Positions 57,452-64,000 of a DNA stretch of 64,000 nucleotides are shown piece by piece. Below the pieces are notes generated by a model. The model ran no database searches. It was given only the letters and a program-made list of their open reading frames with translations, and was not told where the DNA came from. The DNA comes from Nitrososphaeria archaeon (GTDB lineage: Archaea; Thermoproteota; Nitrososphaeria; Nitrososphaerales; JAAOZN01), in contig JARVJZ010000004.1 in the NCBI GenBank assembly GCA_029775855.1, positions 88,589 to 152,588 of the forward strand. Reading direction: 5' to 3'. Within the stretch, counting starts at the first letter, position 1. Each line of letters opens with the position of its first letter. Made by a program: the position numbers and the translations under genes.

Positions 57452-58156
57452 TTATTTTAGACCTAAGTAGAGCTTGCCCAACTCTGGATGTGATAGGAGT
57501 TCTTGGCTTGAGCCTTTAAAAGCCACCCTTCCACTAACTAGCAGATACGCTTGTTCACCTAATTCAAGCGCCTTTTTGGCATTTTGCTCCACCAAGATTA
57601 TTGTCATATCTCTATTCTCTCTTAGCTCAACTATCTTGTCTAGGACTTCAGCGGATATCTTTGGTGAAAGGTTTGCAGTCGGTTCGTCAAACAACATTAT
57701 TTGTGGGTTTCTTATTAGAGCCATAGCCATAGCTAGCATCTGCTTCTCTCCACCACTTAGCGTGCTAGCTTTCCGATCTAGGTAGGTCTTTAATACGGGG
57801 AAGAAGTTGAGGCTTTCTTCTACTCTATCTTTTAGTTCTTCGCCGCATCTATAGCCAGCCATAAGCAGATTCTCTCTCACTTTTAGAGTGTTGAATACGT
57901 TGTTGGTCTGTGGCAGATATGCTACTCCTTTTTCAGCTATCTTATGTGGCGGTAATCCGTTCAACTCGTATCCATTATATTTGATTTCGCCTGAAAAGAT
58001 GGTTGTTAATCCGAAGATGGTTTTTAGTAATGTGCTTTTCCCGCTACCATTTGGTCCAACGATGACGGATATGCTTCTTCTTTGCACATCTAAGTTGATG
58101 TCATAGAGAACTTGAAGCCGACCGTATCCGGCAGAGAGGTTTTTGATGCTCAACAT
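57452..58156 (-). CDS. ABC ATPase (LivF-like)
   Basis: GPNGSGKST, LSGGEKQM, VEQNAKKAL. Confidence 0.9.
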   Translation of the reverse strand: MLSIKNLSAGYGRLQVLYDINLDVQRRSISVIVGPNGSGKSTLLKTIFGLTTIFSGEIKYNGYELNGLPPHKIAEKGVAYLPQTNNVFNTLKVRENLLMAGYRCGEELKDRVEESLNFFPVLKTYLDRKASTLSGGEKQMLAMAMALIRNPQIMLFDEPTANLSPKISAEVLDKIVELRENRDMTIILVEQNAKKALELGEQAYLLVSGRVAFKGSSQELLSHPELGKLYLGLK

Positions 58157-58158
58157 AC

Positions 58159-58917
58159 TTATCCACCTAGGTAGGCGCTTATGACTTGCGAGTCTCGCAT
58201 CACCTTCTCTTTTTCCCCTTGCGTTATAAGTTTACCGTATGCTAGGACGTAGACGTAATCTACATACGGTAAGGCTAGATCAAGTCTATGTTCTATGATC
58301 AAGAATGTCAGCCCTAGCTTATCTCTTAGATTAAGTATGTATGTGAAAATCTCATGCGCTAAGGTTGGGTTTACACCAGATATGGGTTCATCTAGTAAGA
58401 TCATCTTCGCATCACTCATTAGGCTTCTCCCTATTTCAAGTAGCTTCATCTGCCCACCACTCAGCTTCGAAGCCCTAAGGTCCCAAAGGTGATCTATCTT
58501 TAGGAGCTGTAGTATCTTTAACGCTTTATCTAGATTCTCCTCTTCATCTTTGAGCCAAGAACCCGTGAAAGGCGCCTTTAGAAAGCTTTCACCTCTGTTT
58601 ACCTTAGAGGCTACGAGCAGATTCTCCAGCACAGTCAATCTTGTGAATAGGGATGGTATTTGGAAGGTTCTTACTAATCCGAGTTTGTATATTTGATGTG
58701 GTGGTAGGGCGGTTATGTCTCTGCCGTTGAAGTAGATCTTACCTTCATCAGGCGCATAGAAGCCAGAAACCACATTTATTAAAGTGGTCTTCCCGCTGCC
58801 GTTAGGCCCGATCATCAACGCAACTTGCTTCTCATTTACCTTTACGTTCACACGGTCTAGTGCTTTGACTCCTCCGAAGCTCTTTGAGACTGATTGTATG
58901 TCGAGGAGAGTGTTCAT
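58159..58917 (-). CDS. ABC ATPase (LivG-like)
   Basis: GPNGSGKTT, LSGGQMKLLE, IEHRL. Confidence 0.9.
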   Translation of the reverse strand: MNTLLDIQSVSKSFGGVKALDRVNVKVNEKQVALMIGPNGSGKTTLINVVSGFYAPDEGKIYFNGRDITALPPHQIYKLGLVRTFQIPSLFTRLTVLENLLVASKVNRGESFLKAPFTGSWLKDEEENLDKALKILQLLKIDHLWDLRASKLSGGQMKLLEIGRSLMSDAKMILLDEPISGVNPTLAHEIFTYILNLRDKLGLTFLIIEHRLDLALPYVDYVYVLAYGKLITQGEKEKVMRDSQVISAYLGG

Positions 58918-58950
58918 GCCCCAAAAAATAGGGGATGGGTGTTCGATATT

Positions 58951-60318
58951 TTAGGTTGGCTGTAGCCATGTTATAGAGTCGGATGCAAAGTTGTAGACCG
59001 CTGCTTTAACCCAGTCGTAGGTGCCTTGAGGTGTCTTTGCTACGCCCCAGATGTCATAGTCTCCGCCAGCCCTATCTCCCGCCTCATTAAGCAGTGTCCA
59101 GCCGCTCGCGCCGAAGTAGTTTGCGCAGATAGAAGGATAGATTTGCTTGATGGCGGTTGCATCGTATACTCCTGTTACAGATATTGCGATGGCTAGTGTC
59201 CAAGCTATGTCATATATGGTGTAGGAGTAAATTTCTGGGTCTTCACCTATCGCTGCTTTTACCTGTGACCTTAGCTTCTCGTATTTTGGTGATGAAGTCG
59301 CTGCGAAGATTGTGCTGTAGAGCTTAATCTTCTCAGCTATAGGACCTGCGTCTGAGACTACTCTGCTGTTTTGAGCTGTGCCATCGGTCCCATACCAAGT
59401 TACATTTACTAGGTTGGGATAGTCTTTTGCTTGGAGCAGTATTAGAGCCGCTTCGTCAAATGAAATGTCAAGGAGAGCAACCTTAGCAGCACCGTAGCTC
59501 TTTATCCAATCACCTATCTTTGTGTTTGCGCTGCTTAGCTCTGCTGAGAAGTCCTTTGCATCAGGGTTGTATCTAATAGGCACAACTTCACCACCTACCT
59601 TGCTGAATTCCCTTGCAAAAGCGTCTTGAAGCCCATCACCCCAAGCGTCACCTCTATAGAGCACAACAACGTGACTTACGCCAGCGCTTGAGAGCAACTT
59701 TGAGAGAGCTTTACCTTGGAAGTTATCATCAGGCACAAGTCTGAATACATAGTCATCAGGTATTGCTAGAGCTGGTGCAGTAGAAGATTGGCTTACAACC
59801 AAAATTCTGTTAGAGTCAGCATACCCCTTTATGTTTCTCAGCTCACCACTAGATAGAGGGCCGATAACAAGCTTTACACCCCTTGCTGCTAAGGACTGAA
59901 GCTTCTGTAGAGCTACTGCTGGTTGTGTTGCGGTATCTTCTTCGATGATCTTGAATGTCCAACTCTGCCCAGATAGTTTAAGCCAGTCGTTTATCTCTTT
60001 TTCAGCTATCTTTAGGGATGTTGACTCCCTTTTGCCGAAGCTTGCTAAGTCTCCGCTTAAACTCATTAAAGCTCCTACCGCAATTTCGCCGCTTAGCCTA
60101 GCGCCAGGCGCTGTTACAGTTGTTGTTACTGTTGTCGGAGCAGCTGTTACCGTTGTTGCTGTTGTCTGTGTTGTAGTTCTGACTTCGGTTACTGTGCTAA
60201 TGACTGGTGGAGTGGATGAGCCTACAAGATATCCTCCAGCTGCGCCTATTATTAAGCCAACGATTAGTAATACAGCCGCTATTGCTGAAGAAACACCTAA
60301 CCTTTTTCTGATACGCAT
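58951..60318 (-). CDS. Branched-chain-type ABC substrate-binding protein with Thr linker
   Basis: N-terminal TM, Thr tract, LSGDLASFG, STAPALAIPDDYVFRL. Confidence 0.88.
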   Translation of the reverse strand: MRIRKRLGVSSAIAAVLLIVGLIIGAAGGYLVGSSTPPVISTVTEVRTTTQTTATTVTAAPTTVTTTVTAPGARLSGEIAVGALMSLSGDLASFGKRESTSLKIAEKEINDWLKLSGQSWTFKIIEEDTATQPAVALQKLQSLAARGVKLVIGPLSSGELRNIKGYADSNRILVVSQSSTAPALAIPDDYVFRLVPDDNFQGKALSKLLSSAGVSHVVVLYRGDAWGDGLQDAFAREFSKVGGEVVPIRYNPDAKDFSAELSSANTKIGDWIKSYGAAKVALLDISFDEAALILLQAKDYPNLVNVTWYGTDGTAQNSRVVSDAGPIAEKIKLYSTIFAATSSPKYEKLRSQVKAAIGEDPEIYSYTIYDIAWTLAIAISVTGVYDATAIKQIYPSICANYFGASGWTLLNEAGDRAGGDYDIWGVAKTPQGTYDWVKAAVYNFASDSITWLQPT

Positions 60319-60403
60319 AAAGGTTGTATCTATGCGTTGGATTTATAAAGCTTATCTTCTAGATATCGATAAATGATTAAGAGATGGCTGGTGATGCTTT
60401 AGT

Positions 60404-61339
60404 TTGATTGATCCTCTTCTTAGAAATGCAATAATCTTTGCTAATATGCTTACTTTGATGAGTATAGGTTTGACCCTAACTTATATGACGACAAAGGTTC
60501 CTAACTTTGCTCACGGCACCTTAGTGACTGTAGGGATCTATGTGTCGATGACTGCAGGTCAGATCTTTAACTTGACGCCTTACCTTGCTCTTCCGTTCTC
60601 CTTTGTTTTAGGTGGTTTTACGGCAGTCGTCATCTACCTGCTAGTTTTGAGACCGCAGATGAAGCGTGGCGCTTCGATTGTGGGGCTTATGGTTGCCACA
60701 TTAGCTATTGATGTCTTCTTCATAGGTGTGCTCAACATATATGCAGATAGTGTGCAGCGTATCTCTAAGGTTGTGACACGCTACTTTATTTTGAGGAGAT
60801 TTGACTTTACATTTGCTGACCAGCCAGGTATCTTTTTTGTGCTTCCAAGTTTGGTTGTATGTTCGGTTGTGCTTCTTTATATTCTTCTCACACGCACAAA
60901 GTTTGGTATAGCTATGAGAGCGGTAGTTGAAGATGCGTCTCTTGCGGGGGTTCTTGGAATAAACGTGAATAAAGTGTATCTTGTTTCGTGGTTTATAGCA
61001 GGAGGGCTGGCTTCGCTTGCTGGTGCTCTTTTACCACTCTGGCTTCAAGGTTCAACTGACACAGGCACAAGGATGATAGTTAGTATCTTTTCTGCCAGCA
61101 TATTAGGCGGGCTTCTTAACATATATGGCGCGGTCTTAGGTGGGCTGCTTGTCGGTTTGGTTGAGGTTCTTGGAACCAATCTACTTGCGCAAATATTTGG
61201 AGTCTGGATTATACCGTATAGACCAGCCCTACCTCTAGCAATTATGGTTGTTACTCTACTAGTAGCACCTATGGGTTTAGCTAGTATAAGAAGGTCAGAA
61301 CTAAGAGCGGTAAAGAGGAGGGGAAGAAGTTGGCTCTAG
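60404..61339 (+). CDS. ABC permease (LivH-like)
   Basis: IGLTLTY...PNFAHG, TKFGIAMRA. Confidence 0.88.
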   Translation: MIDPLLRNAIIFANMLTLMSIGLTLTYMTTKVPNFAHGTLVTVGIYVSMTAGQIFNLTPYLALPFSFVLGGFTAVVIYLLVLRPQMKRGASIVGLMVATLAIDVFFIGVLNIYADSVQRISKVVTRYFILRRFDFTFADQPGIFFVLPSLVVCSVVLLYILLTRTKFGIAMRAVVEDASLAGVLGINVNKVYLVSWFIAGGLASLAGALLPLWLQGSTDTGTRMIVSIFSASILGGLLNIYGAVLGGLLVGLVEVLGTNLLAQIFGVWIIPYRPALPLAIMVVTLLVAPMGLASIRRSELRAVKRRGRSWL

Positions 61340-62403
61340 CGTTATTTGCACAGTTTATTGTGGATCTGCTGGCCTTCTTCGCTGTCTACATGATCCTATC
61401 TGTGAGTCTAAATCTTGAATTTGGATATACAGGTGTCCCTAACTTCGGTAAGGTTCTTCTTGTAGCTGGAGGAGCGTATGTAGTAGCAGCATTCTCAGGT
61501 AGGTTCTCTCAGCTACTACTTAATGTAGCGGTAGATAAGGACTTTATCAAGGATAATGCTGCGGTTATGGCTGCGGTTAACTCGGCTTTCTCTCAAGACA
61601 TCGTTGCAGCCCTCATAGTCTTCTTCGCTACAATAGTCCTAGCAGCTTTTGTGGGTGGGGCTTTAGGGTATTTGGCTTCATACCCTGCGGTTAGACTGAG
61701 AGAAGACTACCTTGGTATGACGCTCTTAGCCATAGGTGAAATATCACGGGTTATCGGTCAGAACTATGAGCCTATAGCTGGTGGAACATTGGGTGTGCAG
61801 GTGCCAGATCCCTTTGCTTGGGCTGGTGAGGTTAGGTTCTTAGCATTTACTTTGATCTTACTCGCCTTTGCGGGCTTGATCTATCTTTATGCTGAGAGGA
61901 TAGCTCGTTCGCCTTTAGGTAGGCTGCTGCGCTCGATTAGAGATAATGAACTTTCTGCTGAGGCGCTAGGCAAAGATGCTACAAAAGTTAGGATAAAGAT
62001 ACTTATTGTAGGTTCTGCTATCGCTGGTGTAGCTGGTGCGCTCTATTCGTTCTATGCTGGAGGCGTGGTTGCTACAGCATTTAATAGAGTGGATTGGACT
62101 TTTTGGCCTTGGCTTATACTAATAATTGGTGGTGCTGCAAATAATGTGGGTGTAGCGTTTGGTTCATTCATCTTCATCACAGCGAGAAGGGTTATCGAGT
62201 TTTACAAAGATTCATTCACATTTTTACCCTTCGATGCGGTTTGGCTTGAATACCTTCTTCTCGGCTCAATCCTTATACTTGTGCTCATCTATAGACCTGA
62301 GGGGCTTATACCTGAGAAGGCTACACCAACTATCAGCAACAAGCGTCTTAAAGCCCTTATAAAGAAGGTTAAAGATGAAGCTGCTCACAAAGATAATGTT
62401 TAG
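61330..62403 (+). CDS. ABC permease (LivM-like)
   Basis: SLNLEFGYTGVPNFGK, RLREDYL, SPLGRLLRSIRDNE. Confidence 0.88.
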   Translation: MALALFAQFIVDLLAFFAVYMILSVSLNLEFGYTGVPNFGKVLLVAGGAYVVAAFSGRFSQLLLNVAVDKDFIKDNAAVMAAVNSAFSQDIVAALIVFFATIVLAAFVGGALGYLASYPAVRLREDYLGMTLLAIGEISRVIGQNYEPIAGGTLGVQVPDPFAWAGEVRFLAFTLILLAFAGLIYLYAERIARSPLGRLLRSIRDNELSAEALGKDATKVRIKILIVGSAIAGVAGALYSFYAGGVVATAFNRVDWTFWPWLILIIGGAANNVGVAFGSFIFITARRVIEFYKDSFTFLPFDAVWLEYLLLGSILILVLIYRPEGLIPEKATPTISNKRLKALIKKVKDEAAHKDNV

Positions 62404-62436
62404 AAAGGTGGTCTAGATAGGTCTGTTGGTTGTGCA

Positions 62437-62985
62437 TTGGTTGTAGTTATTGCTGTAGTGGGTGGTAAAAAGTCTGGTAAGACTTGGACCATGGAGTATC
62501 TTATCTCTAGGCTCTCTGCCCTAAATTTTAAGGTGGCTGCTGTAAAACATATTCACGAAGAAGGAATTACAATAGACACCGCTGGCAAAGATACTTGGAG
62601 GTTCGCAAAGGCTGGTGCAAAAGTAGTCCTAAGTGCATCTCCAGATGAGTTAGCCTTGATCAAAAAGGCTAAGATGTATTACAGCAACTTGGATAACATT
62701 TTGGATTATTTAAAGGGTGAAGATTTGGACTTCATATTCGTCGAAGGATTTCATTCACTTGCAGCGAAAAGAATGGATGTATATAAGATCATAACCGCAA
62801 AAGATTTAGATGATTTAAACAGACTTCTTGTAGGCACAGAGCCCCCTATACTTGCTGCAACAGGCGTAATAGGTCAGAGCGTAAGCCAAACTTCAGCATC
62901 CGACATACCGATAATTAACCTTATGGTGAATGGAGAAGCACTAGTTGATATGGTTAGGCGGCTTGCTGTTAGAGGCAAACATTAA
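62437..62985 (+). CDS. mobB: Molybdopterin-guanine dinucleotide biosynthesis protein B
   Basis: GGKKSGKT, VKH.H, D..GKDTWR..AGA, VEGF. Confidence 0.88.
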   Translation: MVVVIAVVGGKKSGKTWTMEYLISRLSALNFKVAAVKHIHEEGITIDTAGKDTWRFAKAGAKVVLSASPDELALIKKAKMYYSNLDNILDYLKGEDLDFIFVEGFHSLAAKRMDVYKIITAKDLDDLNRLLVGTEPPILAATGVIGQSVSQTSASDIPIINLMVNGEALVDMVRRLAVRGKH

Positions 62986-63701
62986 GCTTTGAGCACTTCT
63001 ACTCCACTTATAACCTCTTCTTCGTTGGCCTCAATAACCTCCTCAGCGTTGTTGAACTTTGTTGACTGGGCGAGCTTAACTCTAACACTGCAGCCCTTAT
63101 AAGTGAAGGTCGCTGTATCATCTATAGGCTCTACAGCACGAAACCTCTTATTTGTAGCACCCATAGGAGCTTGGATGCCGTCTGCTATACAACCTTTAGC
63201 AGATACTATAACCTTAAGCTCTCTATCTCTTGGATAGCAACCTAGTTCACTTACCGCCCTGTAGAGCATTCTTACACCTATGGCAACACCAGCACATAGA
63301 TCGCCGTGAAAGTGTTCAGCTTCCTTTAACATAGATTTAAGCATCACCGTCTTTGGTGTGCTGCTGAATTTAGTTGCGTCATTTGGCGTTGAAGCGCTAT
63401 ATATGCAATCATCTGCTGTATGATATGGCTGGATATGTAATATATTGGTAGGCTTCTTTATATTATTTGTTCTAACTTTGATTTCTACACCCTCTTTGCT
63501 AATAACTTTAGCGACATAAGCTACCGTGCTCCTACTTCTTTTCGAGTAAGCTACGAGGATTATGTGTGAGAAGCCTTTAATCTTCTCGATTATTCCTTCG
63601 GGGTCTTCAAACAACCTGATCTTAACTAGACCATTGAGAAACGATTGAGCGCCCTCTGTTAAAGGTTCTGCTTGTGCTATCCATTTAACCTTTAAATACA
63701 T
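62982..63701 (-). CDS. FmdE-family protein with a degenerate TsaA/TrmO-like N-terminus
   Basis: FHGDLCAGVAIG.RM and CIADGIQ (FmdE); N-terminal IKGFSHII and ILHIQPY resemble TsaA. Confidence 0.7.
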   Translation of the reverse strand: MYLKVKWIAQAEPLTEGAQSFLNGLVKIRLFEDPEGIIEKIKGFSHIILVAYSKRSRSTVAYVAKVISKEGVEIKVRTNNIKKPTNILHIQPYHTADDCIYSASTPNDATKFSSTPKTVMLKSMLKEAEHFHGDLCAGVAIGVRMLYRAVSELGCYPRDRELKVIVSAKGCIADGIQAPMGATNKRFRAVEPIDDTATFTYKGCSVRVKLAQSTKFNNAEEVIEANEEEVISGVEVLKA

Positions 63702-63735
63702 AGTTGGTTACTTGCTCATCTTAGCTAAATAAAGG

Positions 63736-63999
63736 TTAAACAAATCGCTCTTCTTCACCGACGATCTTCGTGAAGTTGGAGAGTATCTTTGACCCATCTC
63801 TACTACATTCAGGGTGGAATTGAACGCCATAAAACATCAACTCTTCATGCCCAATTATTTCGTTTTCACAGTTTTCGGAATAACCTAACGTCTTGAAGCC
63901 ATTTGGTAGGCGAGATATGTTGAAGATGTGCGATTCAAATACTTTAAGCCTTGAATACGGTTCGGTCAATATATTTGGCTTCCTCACATATACGGTTTG
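63736..63999 (-). CDS. Type 1 glutamine amidotransferase (GMP synthase subunit A-like), 3' part
   Basis: VFESH, YGVQFHPE, G.KILSNF; the frame is open to the window edge. Confidence 0.8.
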   Translation of the reverse strand, partial: QTVYVRKPNILTEPYSRLKVFESHIFNISRLPNGFKTLGYSENCENEIIGHEELMFYGVQFHPECSRDGSKILSNFTKIVGEEERFV

Positions 64000-64000
64000 A

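Noticed and set aside
1020-62362. Many short ORFs antisense to or nested in long genes
   Set aside because: They are shadows of well-supported genes and have no motifs of their own.

Overview
A 64-kb window from an archaeal chromosome, most likely a thermophilic, non-methanogenic TACK lineage (Nitrososphaerota/Aigarchaeota-like; this is an inference from the tetraether synthase, TrmB, type I-A Cas, F420-type enzymes and intron-containing tRNAs). Core and metabolic content: fae-hps, a pst operon without pstS, AOR plus ferredoxin plus LLM, three branched-chain-type ABC systems, a tetraether lipid synthase, a probable Re-citrate synthase, mobB and fmdE. It also holds a type I-A interference cassette with no cas1/2/4/6 or array in the window, and four tRNA genes: Ser-GCT, Trp-CCA with two introns including a C/D guide, Gly-CCC with C33, and Ser-GGA with two introns. 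The accessory zone at about 38.8-52 kb is the most interesting part. It contains (i) a 1.5-kb islet between the tRNA-Trp 3' end and a degenerate copy of it, carrying one AT-rich radical SAM gene; (ii) a 2054-aa membrane-anchored surface protein; (iii) an adjacent gene pair resembling a dockerin-tailed protein and a cohesin-on-a-stalk anchor; and (iv) a tightly coupled four-gene cassette behind tRNA-Ser(GGA): a small protein, a DUF6884/YaaA-like protein, a GIY-YIG-like nuclease and an unannotated 50-aa Zn finger. Cassette (iv) is my best candidate for an undescribed defence system. All family calls come from motif recognition by eye; no database searches were run.
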